DNA of 64,000 nucleotides from Octopus sinensis (lineage: Eukaryota): contig NC_043013.1 in NCBI RefSeq assembly GCF_006345805.1, forward strand, positions 21,762,001 to 21,826,000. The letters run 5' to 3'. The first letter of the stretch is position 1, and each line of letters opens with the position of its first letter. The position numbers and the translations under genes are program-made. Positions 25,120 through 38,464 of this stretch are shown here, one piece after another. The notes under the pieces are model-generated. The model saw nothing but the letters and a program-made list of their open reading frames with translations, made no database searches and was not told the DNA's origin.

Positions 25120-26107
25120 AGTATGTCAGACGACTGAGGTTGGTGTTGCGCTCAAAATTGACTGGATAGAATAAAATCCAAGCAGTCGATACGTGGGCGA
25201 TAGCATCACTTCGGTATGGAGTGGGAATTATAAAATGGCAAAAGAGAGAAATGAAGAATACCAAGACCAGAAACATTTTGACAGCGCACAGAGCTTTCCA
25301 CCCTAAAAGTGACACTTGTCCCGAAGAAAGTGTGGGAGTGGCTTGATCAGGTACTAGGACTGTATCGAAGCAGAAAAAAAAAACAGCCTAGGGTGGAATA
25401 TACAAAATGTTGTGAAACCATTCTTGAAACACAGGAAAGATGGCATCATCGACACTGAAAATTGTGTAACTAAAGAGAACTTAAAGCAAAAAAATGAACG
25501 AAAAAAGAAAAAGCATCGAAGGTAAAGAAAATGTACGGTCATTTTGCAAGAGATGTGAACGCCAAGACATATAAGAGAGGACCGGTGGTTATGAATGAGG
25601 AGGAGTGACCTGAAGATAGAGACAGAAGCACTAATATGCCCAAAATTGACACAACGCTTATACAAAAGATGCCATGACGATGTGGCACGAATAACCCATT
25701 AGGAGTTCTGTGGAAATCACGGCCTACAAAGAGCAAAGACGTTGAGCAAACGCCTGAAGGAGTCATCGAAAATGAGAATTGCAAAATCCTGTCAGATGCA
25801 ATGATCCATGGAAATCACCTGACCAGATATCAGAAACCAGACATCGTTATGGTGAATTTTTATATGGAAGAACATGTATAAAAATGGGAACAGCATGCCC
25901 GGGTGACAACAGGATCAAGGTGAAGACCATTTGAAGTGAGAAATACGAAGGTTGGGGCCAATGAAGAGAGGAGAATTGATAGCAATTATAATTGGTGCAC
26001 TTGGAAATATCAACACTGAACTGCCAACATGGCTGAAAAAGACTGCTGCAAGTGTGAATATAGAACACCTACAAAAATCAGCATTGCTTAGGACTGATAT
26101 CTTCCAC
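25120..26107 (+). mobile_element. Decayed R4-like fragment with internal deletions
   Basis: YVRRLRLVLRSKL..AHRAFHPKSD..IIIGALGNINTELPTWLKK..LQKSALL. Confidence 0.7.
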
Positions 26108-26382
26108 AGAGCCGACATTTTTCATCACAGCATGGAGGTTTGGGGCTATCTTTATCCCTCTTGTTCATCGAGTATTTAGTAGTTAACTCTTCGCATGAGT
26201 GTGTGCGTGTACATGTATTATGTATGTATGCATGCATGCATCTATATATGTATGAATGCAAGTATGTATGTATGTATGTATGTATGTATCTACGTATGTA
26301 TGTATGCATGCATGCATCCGTGAATGTATGTATGTATGCATCTGTTTATCTATGTATGTATGTATGTATGTATGTATGTATG

Positions 26383-26439
<57 letters not shown>

Positions 26440-26524
26440 GTCTGTCTGTCTGTCTGTCTCTCTGTCAATCTGTCTGTCAGTCAGCCTATCTATCTACCTA
26501 GCTATCTAACTGTCTATCTGTCTG

Positions 26525-26565
<41 letters not shown>

Positions 26566-27120
26566 ATATCTATCTATATATCTATCTATCTATCTAATTT
26601 GGTATTGAGTCCGTACCTTTATATGACGTTGGACTTAACCAATGATAGAGCCAAGTAAATCAAAGTCCTGACCTCAATATAACAGACTAACACATTTTTG
26701 AAGGTGGTGCCTTAGTCTTGTCCAACTGACTGTGTATAATTCCAACAAAATAAATAAATAAAAACAAGAAAATGACGCCCTTACCTCTGTTTATTTCGGT
26801 GTAAGTCCAATCCTTGTAAAAACGCAATTCAGCAGTTCTATGATCTTCGAAGCAGACATTTCGTGTAACTGATGTCAGTAAAGTAACTCAAGCTATCAAA
26901 GGTACTCGAAGGTATACTAGCTTTGTCAATAAAATCTAAAGGACATCTTCCTGTAAGAAGAAGAAAATAGATAAATCAATGTTGTCTTTTGTAGTTTTTC
27001 GTAATGGTGTGGAACTGTTTCACGTTGTATAGTTTTATTATTTATGAATAATGAGAAATAATAAATAGATAAATTTTTTACTCTTTAATAGACATGAATA
27101 TTGTGATAATATTGTGGTGC
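26108..27120. repeat. Local duplication copy B' (paralog of 46237-47170)
   Basis: Shared AGAGCCGACATTTT..CATGGAGGTTTGG, the (TATG)(TATC) compound microsatellite, intron flanks and the PAN exon. Confidence 0.9.
26785..26950 (-). pseudogene. Broken PAN/Apple exon (type B'), 166 nt
   Basis: Same splice sites as 46809-47039 (cttacag|GAAGATGT; AACAGAG|gtaagg). An internal deletion of about 71 nt removes three Cys and shifts the frame into TAG: GRCPLDFIDKASIPSSTFDSLSYFTDISYTKCLL//DHRTAELRFYKDWTYTEINR. Confidence 0.8.
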
Positions 27121-27131
27121 TAAAAGAGAGG

Positions 27132-27186
<55 letters not shown>

Positions 27187-27369
27187 TAGTAATAAGATTT
27201 AACCACTAATTTTCATATAGAGGGCCTCTTTTATCATCATTAGCAACAGTAGCAGCCCCAGTAGTTGTAGCAGCAGCAATAAATCTTTTATTCGTATTTT
27301 ATTTTATTTTATTTATTTATTTTTTTAATGAATACTTAATAATTTAACTTTACTTGAAAAGAAAATTTT

Positions 27370-30150
27370 TAACAGTACACCGAATCGCTTGTCCAATGGT
27401 TATAAAGGAAGCTGCCAGCCTGATGGCAAAAAAATTTCAAATGGCAGAATATCTTCCCCGAATTTGAACCTGGAAGGTCACTTAAACGGGATTTGTCCCA
27501 AATTAAGCCCCTAAAGTTCACCACCACAACGACCAGAAAATCAAAAAAGTAAAAGAACTAAATGGAACCGGGAAGAATATAAAGAAGTAACATATGCTTA
27601 TTACTTTGCATTAAGCAGGCCAACCGAAGAAAAACACACCGCAAACTCCTACAGAATTTGGAAGAGCCGGAATCCAGCTAGCAGACCAAACCTGGATGAA
27701 AACAGATTAGCAAATGTTAGAAGAGATATCTTCAGAAATGCCAGACTCACAGATGCAGAATTAACCTCTATTAAAAACGTGGTAGAGAATGACTTAAATG
27801 TAAGTCAGGAAAGAAATAACGAAGCTGAGAAGAGGCATGTTGGGCCACAAGCATTGACTGAAAGGCGACCATCTGCCGAAACGACTCAAGATCCTGAAGA
27901 AGAAGGAAAATATAATGACCCTAGAAAAACAGCCCGGAAAATGATGTCGAAACAGAATTTGAAGACCACATATTTGTTGAACAACACAGAAAATCTATCA
28001 TTGAAATGAAGCAAGAAGTTCTGAATGAGCTTGCAGTTGTAGGCCATGCAACTATGAATGATAGGGAACCACTCCATAAACTCTCAAATGCACACCAACA
28101 TAAAACACAAATAAAAATTGGCAACTGCGTTACACAAGAAATCATACAACAACTAAAACCCGATCTTAATAAATTCAATGAAATTATTTACTCTGTCGCT
28201 AAGGTAATCGAAAGACGTTGTTTAATACCCCAAAAGCCAATAATACCAAATTCGAAAAGAAAATCAAACTGGAGGAGTAGAATTGAAACTGAAATTGAAT
28301 CATTGCGAAGGGAGATATCAATATTAACTGAGCTAATCTCTGTAAATGATGTAAGATCAAGAAAAGGCAGGAAGATTGTGAGAAAATATGGACACTCAAC
28401 AAGAGAAGAACTAATGTCAGCGAAAGAAACACTTAAACAAAAAGTTCAAGCAAAAGCTCAGAGAATACGCAGATTTGAGAAAAGAATCAAATTCTACAAA
28501 CAAAATATGTTCAAATCCAATGCCAAATCATTTTACAGGGAAATAAGGAACGAAAAAGTAACCATTGAAAATTCACCCCTAATGGAAGAAATTGAAAACC
28601 TTTGGAAGGGGATCTGGAGTGATGAGAAACCATACAATGAAAATGCAGAGTGGATCAAACGCACCCAAGATGCCTAAAAAAATCTACAAGAACAGGTATG
28701 GGAAGACATCTCAATCGCCGACATAAGGAGGGCACTAACGAAGGCTCATAAGTGGAAATCCCCTGGTATTGATAGACTACCAAATTTCTGGCTCTCATCA
28801 CTCTCGTCCGCACACAAAATGTTAGTAATACTATTTAATAGTATCATGAAAGACCCGGAAAAAACACCACATTGGATGGTAAATGGTATTACTTACCTCC
28901 TCCCCCAAAATAACAAAACGAAAGACCCAAAAAACCACCGGCCTATAACATGTTTATCTACTACCTGTAAGATTTTGACATCTATTCTAGTAGAGAAAAC
29001 ATATACGTTTATGGTAGAGAATAACCTCTTTCCCACTGAACAAAAAGGATGCCGAGGAGGCTCATACGGATGCAAAGATCAGCTCCTAATTAATCGCATG
29101 ATACTTGAGAACTGCCATAACAAGCGCAGAAATCTCAGCTCTTCATGGATTGATTATAAAAAAGCCTTTGACAATACCACATTCGTGGATTCTGAAATCA
29201 CTGAACATTTTCAAAATTTCTCCTGTGATTTCAGATATTTTAAAGTATAATATGTCACTATGGAACACGAAGCTCCAATTATATCATTCTAATGGAGTAT
29301 TGCACTCAAACAACATTAGCATCAACTGCGGAATTTTCCAAGGTGACTCACTTTCACCACTAATTTTCTGCATAGCACTAATACCACTCTCAAGTGAACT
29401 GAATAGAACAGGATATGGCTACAAAATTGACAACAGGAAAAAAAGCCATCTATTTTATATGGATGACTTAAAGCTATATGGCAAAGATGATGAAGAGCTT
29501 GAAGGATTATTACAATACTGTGAAAGGATTCAGTGATGATATCGGAATGGAGTTCGGCCTTGAAAAGTGTGCCAAAGCCAGTTTTAAGAAAGGGAAATTG
29601 GTAAAGTCTAGTTCAATTGAATTAGATGTCGAAATAGTAATAAAGGAACTTGAGCAGGAACAAATCTATAAATACCTAGGAATAAATGAAGGCTCTAGTA
29701 TCCAGCATACAAGCATGAAAGAGAAGGTTAGGAAAGAATGTTATAGAAGAGTTCGAGCAGTCCTGAAGTCTGAGCTGAATGCATATAATTAGGTGTTAGC
29801 CATAAATTCCTTAGCAGTACCAGTTGTTCTTTATAGTTTCCATATGCTTAACTGGAATACCAGTGAAATAATGAAAATTGACAGAAAAATCTGCAAGCTA
29901 CTGACTTGCAATAAGATGCACCAATAAGATCGCCTTTACCTTCCCAGAGCTCAGGGAGGTCGAGGTTTGATCCAGCTTGAACTTACATACAAAACCACCA
30001 CAATCGGACTGGCCAAATACCTCGAAGCAACCAACGATTGGATGCTAAAACTTGTTGAAAAAACATGAAAGACCAAAAAAACATCACTCTATTCTCAAAG
30101 AGAGCAAAAAATTCACTGCTGATCTCTTAGATACCCATCAGATTGAGCAG
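27370..30150 (+). mobile_element. Decayed near-full-length R4/Dong-like element lacking its 3' end
   Basis: N-terminal KRTKWNREEYKEV..LANVRRDI; RT motifs HRPITCL, EQKGC, WIDYKKAFD, GIFQGDSLSPL, FYMDDLKLY; many stops and frameshifts. Confidence 0.88.
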
Positions 30151-31442
30151 GCTGAAGTGATGATATCGGGATGGATAGTGCAACATAAGGCTTGGGTTTC
30201 GTTCTTTCTCATGAAAATCTGCCACATCATCTTCCGTAGCCATTCTCTCATTGCCAGTTCTTTGCTGACCAACTCTCCATTGCTATCGTACCTAGTTGCT
30301 TGTCGCTGCTGAATTTGTGGCAGCGTCGTGTTTTCCCTGGAGTCCTGTTTCTTCAGCCGATCAGTATTTGTCCGTGTTTCTGTTTCTTGTGGTGTTTCCA
30401 TTGCACGGCTTTTCTTTGTTCTCAATTGGTACACATTTTTCCGTGCACAGGTTTCTTGCATTCTCCTTCGCTTTATTTCGAGACACTGCGACAACCATAC
30501 CGTAGACTTTTTTGAAATTTCCAAAAGACCATCCTTATGATATTTTTATCAGTGAATTGCAGTGTGACACTTTTTATCAAAAAGATGAGCAAAATAGGAA
30601 TTTTAACTGAAAACTATTTAAAAACTTATTGAAGTTCTTAAATACTTATAATTGAAAAAAAATCCTTTTTAATGGGGCTATAAAAATTGTTTTAGTTTTT
30701 GCTAACAGTTTTTATTTGAGTTAAGTTTTTAATTATAGAGTAGCTAATAAAAGCTATTATTTTCAGTTTTTATAAATCTAAGTATTTTAAAATTTTAATT
30801 TCAGCTGCAATATTTTAAATACAAATATGCTTGTCCCGCGCTTTTCCCAGCTGTAAAAAACTTGTTCTGTACTTTTTCATCAACATTATATCGATTCCGT
30901 CATTGATTTTACTGCTTCTCAAGCAGACATTTAATTATTTGAAACCATATTCTGTATTCACAGTTTTTATTTCTGAGTGTAGCCTGTATGAACATGTTTG
31001 TATTCATTTGTTATCTGCTAAACCTTATTCAACTGGTTTTTGTCACTGAACCATCTGACAAACTCCTCTGTTACTACGGTGTTTGAAACACTTTCACTTT
31101 CACTTTCCGATATACAAATACGTGTCCTTGAGTCAACGCTGGAAATCCTTAGACTTAAAACGAATATAAAAATAAATCTATTGGCTTATGTCGTGTTAAC
31201 ATGCAAATTGGAAGGGATTTTCCTTCTCTTCTAACGATCGTATTTCAGTTTAATGATTTCGAGGGAAAGATGTTCGATATAAGTCGACGATTGGAAGAAT
31301 CAATAAAACGTGACAAAATTGCATCCGGTATTTAGTCGCGAAGCTTACCATCCTAAGTTCTTTTCGCACTCAAATTAGATTCACCTTTCATTCTTCCTCC
31401 AAGTCAGTTTAGTATTCCTTCAAAGAACCCTAAATATGAATG

Positions 31443-31467
31443 GAATTATTATACATACATACATACA

Positions 31468-31498
<31 letters not shown>

Positions 31499-31841
31499 TT
31501 ATGCAAGATATGTAACACACCGCCTAAATAGCAATTAGCAGAAATTAGGCTTCTCAAAACCAGAAAGGAGAAAGCTAATGGAGAGACAACAGATCCAGTT
31601 CATCACTGGAACTGTAAAAATCTGTAAAACTGGCCAGAAATTTATCATTTAAACATATATGAGCATGTATAGATATGCAGCTATATGCATGAGAATACAT
31701 ACATAAAATATACAAATCTGCACACACATACACAAACATATACAAACATACATACATACGAATACATACATATATACTCGCATGCATACATACAGACGGA
31801 CATACATACACATACATACCTAAATACATGTATGCGCATAT

Positions 31842-31890
<49 letters not shown>

Positions 31891-31920
31891 CACATACAAA
31901 CATAAATGCATACATATTTA
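31443..31920. repeat. (ATAC)n and (AT)n-rich tracts
   Basis: Directly visible. Confidence 0.85.
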
Positions 31921-32399
31921 TATTGAAAATGCGAGCAAGAGAAATAATATTCTTAAGATTATAAACCTGGAAAATTACAGGAAAAGTTATTAGACATGAA
32001 AATATTTGGATTTAGAAAATATTAGCTTTTATTAAAACTAAAAATTTCATTACAGGTTATTACTTCTATTTGTGTGTGCGTGTTACTTATATGAAAAATT
32101 AAAAATAACTCAAAATATTTTTTGCACTTTAAAACATATTCATTTTTTAAATTATTAATTAATAATTAGAATGTTGAAAATAGTAGAATATAATTAGTAC
32201 AATAAATAGAACAATACAAAATTAGTTATATATTGCTGTAAAATCTACCTATAACTACAAATCCACAGTAAAATTTGCTGGAGTTATTGCCTGAGTTATT
32301 GCCAAGTCTTCCCATTTTTAGTCTTGATGCCTATTTTTCACATGAGGAATTTGCCTACCATGTATACTATTTTATTTTGTATAAAGCTTTAGTTATATA

Positions 32400-32813
32400 C
32401 TCTCTCTTTACTCTTTTACTTGTTTCAGTCATTTTGACTGCAGCCATGCTGGAGCACTGCCTTTAGTCGAGCAAATCGACCCCGGGACTTATTCTTTGTA
32501 AGCCCAGTACTTATTCTATCGGTATATTTTGCCGAATCGCTAAGTGACGGGGACGTAAACACACCAGCATCGGTTGTCAAGCAATGCTAGGAGGACAAAC
32601 ACAGACACAAAAACACACACACACGTACATATATATATATACATATATACGACAGGCTTCTTTCAGTTTCCGTCTACCAAATCCACTCACAAGGCATTGG
32701 TCGGCCCGGGGCTATAGCAGAAGACACTTGCCCAAGATGCCACGCAGTGGGACTGAACCCGGAACCATGTGATTCGTAAGCTAGCTACTTACCACACAGC
32801 CACTCCTGCGCCT
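32400..32813 (-). mobile_element. tRNA-derived SINE with an internal (TA/CA) microsatellite
   Basis: Head AGGCGCAGGAGTGGCTGTGTGGTAAGTAGC..CCGGGTTCAGTCCCACTGCGTGGCATCTTGGGCAAGTGTC. Confidence 0.85.
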
Positions 32814-33059
32814 ATTGGGACTTCTGTTTCTCTGTATTCATGTGTATCAATATTTTAACAAAATGATAGTACCTTTTTTTTTATCAAAATCAAATAAATT
32901 TTAATATTCACATTTTATCCTTAGCTGCAATATTTTAAGTAATTTTTTTATGCATTTTACCATATATAATAAGTTGTCTTGAACTTTTCCAAGTGTAATA
33001 ACTTGTCCTGTAATTTTTCAAGTTTATAATCTTAAGGATATTGAAAAATAGAGATAAAG

Positions 33060-33604
33060 AAATAATTGTATTCTCAAACGTAGGATAATGCTAACAACAT
33101 AGCATTAGTAGGATAAACTATCCATATTTTGTAGAAAAATCTGTTGGCGACCAGCCATGAGACTCGAACTTACATACCTATGACTACGCGGTAAGGGCTT
33201 TACCATTAAGCTAAACTGCCGAGCGACAAGTTCTTCTCCAATTTTCGGATATTTACTTCTAGCTTTATAAGACGCTATCATACAGATGAAGAAATAATCT
33301 TATTCTCAAACGCATGGTGATGCTAATAATATAGCATGAACTGGAGAAATTAGCCATATTCTGTTTCTTGACTTTCAACTTATTTTGTATAATACGTACG
33401 ATAGCGTCTTTTAAAGCTAGATTTATACATCCTAAAATTGCAAAATAATTCGTCGCTGGGCAGTTTAACTTAATGGTAATCGCAGGGATGTGAGTTCGAG
33501 TCTCATGGCTGGCCAACGACAGATTTTTCTAAAGAAATATGGATAGTTTATCCTATTCGTGCTATGTTATTAGCATTAACCTGCGTTTGAGAATAAAATT
33601 ATTT
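33060..33604. repeat. Fold-back element: about 215-bp imperfect inverted arms each carrying a tRNA-like head, plus an internal partial third copy
   Basis: 33060-33285 is the reverse complement of about 33395-33604 (e.g. CCAGCCATGAGACTCGAACT / AGTTCGAGTCTCATGGCTGG; TAGGATAAACTATCCATATTT / AAATATGGATAGTTTATCCTA). Confidence 0.85.
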
Positions 33605-34384
33605 CCGTATCTTTCAGTTCCTCTCATCGCTTCTAAACCAAACATTGTTGACTTTCAATGTATTTTGAATTTAAATTAAGAATATTATTTCTCTTGCTCA
33701 CATATTTTGCATGTAATCCATGTTTTTTGAAGGCTATGCTGCTATTACGCTAATTAATAACGTGTCAATTAGTGGTGTCGTTTATAATGTTTTTCCTTAC
33801 CTCAGCGACGCCGGTAACATATATCATAAGTCTCCTTATAGAACCATATTCATAAAAATGTATAGATCTATACTATCACACTCAAGTTTAAGGAACAAAC
33901 ATACATAACATTTTTTGTAGAAAAAAGAAATTTCAATGCATAAAATCGATTTCATGAAATCCCTCGAACTGATAAAAACAAATGAATAAAGTAAAATAAA
34001 ATTTAATTAAACGAACGTGAATAAACAGGGGATACTGATAATGAATAATGCAGTTACCATACACACACTTACAAAACATAGACACACACACAGGGATATA
34101 CACATGCGCAAATAAAGACACATACAACAGGAATACAAAATAGCAGATCGTTAGGAAGGAGAGACACAAAAAAGAAAAGAAGAAAGCAAAGGATCACTGA
34201 TGAGGTGACAGAAGTGTGACGAAAGAACTCTGGCCGAAATACGATTAATATGAAATAAAGCTGAAGTAAGCGAGCACCAAATATATAGTGCACGTATTTT
34301 CATTGGCTAAACTGACAATATGACATCCCCAAATACAACATCTGTTTCAACAAACGAATTCACATCAAGAACCTTGCAAAACAA

Positions 34385-34547
<163 letters not shown>

Positions 34548-35204
34548 CGTGTGTCTGTTTATCCCTCATCGTTATGTGACAAGCAGTATTGGCATATTTA
34601 TATCCCTGTAACATAGCAGTCCGACAGTAAGGAACCGATACAATAAGTACCAGGCTTATAAAACAATAAGAACTGGGGCCGATTCATTCGACTAAAGCTC
34701 TCTAAGGTGGTGCCCCAGCATGGACCACACTTTAATGAATGAAACAAGTAAATGATAAAAAGAAGAAATAATTTCCAAAGAAATTCCTTATTTTTGCGGT
34801 TTTCTTACAGGATTCCAACAATTTTATCATTTTGGAAATGATTGTGAAATTTCTTCGTGTAGCGCTAGTTTTCTACAGAATCATTTTATAGAGAAAACAT
34901 CGTATTTATACACAATCACTAAATATTATTATGGAACACATTAAAACTGCCATTGAGTTTGATTTTAAAAGAAAACTGGAAATGTGTGGAGAGAAATGTA
35001 AGAATATTCAGCTTACCAAAAATTGTGGACAACCTGCGAAATAGTTTGAGCATTTTGAAACGTTGAAAGTCTTGAAACTGCAGAGCGAACCGTTGAGTGT
35101 CGAGTGCCTGAGAGGAAATTGTAAAAATATATTTTCTCGACATCGCCGTCTGTTTTATATTGGTCTGAAGGATATTTGTATTGCGTCATTGGTGGGGAGG
35201 AGGG

Positions 35205-35400
35205 CCTCATCATCATCATCATCATCATCGTCATCATCATCATCATCATCATCATTAGTTGTAGTGGTAGTTATAGTAGTAGGAACAGCTGCAGCAGTAT
35301 CCTAACTACTATGAAGACGATGGTGATTCACACAGGTACGAAGATGATGATGGTGATTATGGTGGTGGTGGTGATGATGATGGTGATGATGATGGGGATG
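35205..35400. repeat. (CAT)n and (GAT/GGT)n trinucleotide tracts
   Basis: Directly visible. Confidence 0.9.
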
Positions 35401-35910
35401 AGGACAAGGATAAGGCCAGTGGGGTGGGGGTGGATTACCGCATAATCAATAAAACAAAACAACGGAAGCAGATATAAAAGGTCCCTGAATAAGGTTTGTT
35501 TAAGAATGATGAATAAAACACACATCTTTCAAGAGGTGCCCATATTGTCAGCCATTAAATGACATGCTCAACTGTTTAAGATCAAACAACCGACAAGCAA
35601 ATCTGTGATATTGAGCAGAATATTTGCTGTAGCCCATCTTTTTATACCTGGACAAAACAATGTACAAGATGACACTTCCAGTCAGTTACGATCAGAAGCC
35701 ATGAGATTATTATTGCTTATTATTGTTAATTTTTTGTTTCTTTCTTTGAAGGTTGATAAAATAATACCCAAGTGTTCTATTGGTACTCGGGTAAATTTAA
35801 TAATCTTATAAATCATCCAAAGTGTGAATGGATTTCTAAGAGAAGACTAAAAAGGAAAAACGTTAGCAATAAAAATAAATTAACAAAAGAAATAACTGAA
35901 TTAAATTGAT

Positions 35911-35916
35911 TTTATT
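35911..35916 (-). terminator. Candidate polyadenylation signal AATAAA
   Basis: About 110 nt downstream of the stop of the 36025-36221 exon; the hexamer is common in AT-rich DNA. Confidence 0.3.
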
Positions 35917-36024
35917 TATGAAGAAATACACATTTTATCTTATATAATTATTATTAGCAAACGTGATCCGTTGAAGTCTTGCTCACATTTCATTGAGAAG
36001 TAAATAATTTTGGGGTGAATTCCA

Positions 36025-36221
36025 TTAAAGGTCAACAAGTTTCTTTAGTAAACACTTAGTGTCAGTATATGAAAAGGCGGTACATGTAGAAGATATCATA
36101 CATAAACGTGAACAATCCAGAACCGAGTGAGCATCCATTTGGGCCTTGGTAATAAGGTTGTGATATGGATTTTGTTTGAAGGAAAATGTTGAATAAGTTG
36201 TCAAATCCTTAATATCTTTTT
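36025..36221 (-). CDS. Terminal exon encoding a PAN/Apple-like domain (type C)
   Basis: Strong pyrimidine tract ttttctcttgcttttttttctactgcag|, phase 1; KDIKDL..HSVLDCSRLCMISSTCTAFSYTDTKCLLKKLVDL* has the CxxxC..CxAF..CxL pattern. Confidence 0.7.
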
Positions 36222-37771
36222 CTGCAGTAGAAAAAAAAGCAAGAGAAAACACAAGAAATATAACAACATAAATGAATCTGTTTCACTTCGTTGGAAGGTA
36301 CAAGGGAAACGAATGGATATGGTCTATTGATTCGATAGATCGATTTTATTAATGTTCCGTTTGGACATCTTTAGAGTAGTGCGAGTATGGAGTGAGATCC
36401 TGAATGTTGTATAATCTAGAAATGAAAGATTGGGGATAATAATTGATGCAGGATGTGATCTGGTTGGTGTAATAGCATGTATGACGGGAGAAGGAGAAGT
36501 GGCATGTGGCTGGGTATCTCGGGGAGAGGAATTATAAATTTACTGCTAATATATTTAACTAAGAATTAGGACTGTAAGTAGAAGAAATAATGCGATGAAG
36601 AAGAGAGCGACATTAATTTCTCTTATTTTTTCGACAAGAACTGGAGACAGAAGATCAATGAATTAAAGATGAGAAACAAGAAAAAGAAAAAAAAAGCACA
36701 CAAAAAAATAAGCAAAAATAGGTCTTACTGTCAACGAAATAATAAGAGTCGAAAACTCTTATACCACATCCCACAGAGTTAATCTTGTCCAGTGTATTTG
36801 ACTGTTTGAAATCATTCCAAAGTTCTGAAATGGAATCAAAATAGTTTCTTATTCTTCTGATGGTCTTAATATCTTTCGTGATTTCTTTAATATTAATCAA
36901 GAAATCCTAATCTCTTTAATGCAATCGACTTCCCTATTTATATAAGACAATTTTATATAAGAAATCATTACTTCTTTAATATATGTTGAGTTTTATTTAC
37001 TATCCTTTATTTCTAGTAATAACTCAAGGCCCCAGGTATGAAGGGACTGACGTTTATAAAGATTCTAGCTTCTTTCGAAATGTACTTCAAACATGTCTTT
37101 GTATGTATAACGGTATAATTGTAACGGGAAAGGCGTAACAGGCACGATGTAGCAAGTTGCTTGTAACACGTAGAGATGTGACAAGTTGGCGAAAGACTGT
37201 GCATTGCTTAGATAATATTTCTGGATGCACTGCAAAGAACTGCTGTAGATTTTACTTACGCGGTTCTGCAACTGCGACGAGTGGGAAGTAAACACAAAAT
37301 TTAGTTAGTTTTGATGGATAATCTATTACCATGGCAGTTGTTAATAGTGATCCCTAACTTGAGGGGGATAAATGGGGCGAAGCTCCCGAGAAGGTGTCAT
37401 AGTTAACTGTTTGGAAGTTGCAGAGGAAAGAGAATATTTTTCTCTTGGTATCTCGAATTTATTGCAGTACTAAAGTCAAGTTAGACCATTGACAATAGAC
37501 CGGATTGGGTTAACAAGATTAAACCCTGTCTCATCTAAAATGGTGGCGATTTAAATAGGTAAAACGAATGAATTCTAAACATAAACGGCGAGAACAATAT
37601 AAACAAGCGTGAAGATCGAGGTTTCGATTCTTGGTAAGGAGTCCGGTGTATATGTCTTACAAATATAATTAGTCCGCATTGGAGTAGGAAAAATGATTTT
37701 TTTTCTGGAACAGTTCAGAGAAGCCTGTAGAATAGATCGGAATTAATTTTAATATGTTATCTGCAATGCTA

Positions 37772-37985
37772 AAGCGGCGGACTGACCGAATCGTTAGCAT
37801 GCCGGACGAAATGCTTAGCAGCATTTCGACCGTCTTTACGTTCCGAGTTCAAATACCGTCGAGGTCGACTTTGTCTTTCATCCATTCGGGGCCGATAAAC
37901 CAGGTAGCAGTTGGATACTGAGGCCGATGTAATCTGTTAACACCACCCCTGAAATTGCTGGCCTTGTGCCAAAGTTTGAAACCAA
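37772..37985 (+). mobile_element. tRNA-derived SINE, single copy of the family tandemised at 3838-4700
   Basis: GAATCGTTAGCATGCCGGACGAAATGCTTAGC..GAGTTCAAATACCGTCGAGGTCGACTTTG. Confidence 0.8.
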
Positions 37986-38464
37986 TGCATTGCATGCAAT
38001 GTATATCAGAGAAAAAAACCCAGAGGATTCATTTTCATGATTTTTATTTAAAGAAGGGGGTGGAGGGGTGAGAGAGCGTGTAGATTGTGTTATTATGTCT
38101 ATGTTAATTTTCTTTTTTAAAACTTAATCAAATGAGAAGAATTAACAACCATGAAAGATTGCAGGACTTTCGATAAGAGGAAGAAAATATGTCACACTGG
38201 TTACCATTAATGGCACGTGAGATTTCCTTCTAACTTCCTTTTGGACTGGAAGTTTGTGGCTTCAGCGGATTCTCGAGTTCTTGTGCTTGCTGGTGCATCA
38301 GCCGCAAACAATGCATGTGTATATGTGAGAGCTATGTGTGTGTGTGCGGTATGTGTGTGTATGCTGTGTGTGCGTGGATTAAATCTTCCATGCTGAATCC
38401 CTTCTGTTGCATCACCTAACAAACAAAGAAATTTTGGAAGGGAATTTGCAGTAAGAAGCAGCGT

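Noticed and set aside
33140-33215. tRNA-like sequences here and at 20430-20505, 22540-22600 and 32740-32813 as tRNA genes
   Set aside because: Acceptor and anticodon stems are broken and they continue into SINE or fold-back bodies.
33795-34310. Possible promoter (CCAAT about 34303, TATA-like about 34283), strong orphan donor GAG|gtaagg at 33801 and hydrophobic ORF 34069-34293 as a first exon for the B'-A unit
   Set aside because: No ATG-initiated signal-peptide frame ends in phase 1 at that donor; the ORF starts at GTG and is low complexity; the motifs are common in AT-rich DNA.
36729-36910. Minus-strand open frame ending at a good phase-1 donor (GACA|gtaaga)
   Set aside because: No convincing acceptor or pyrimidine tract and no recognisable domain; needs RNA evidence.
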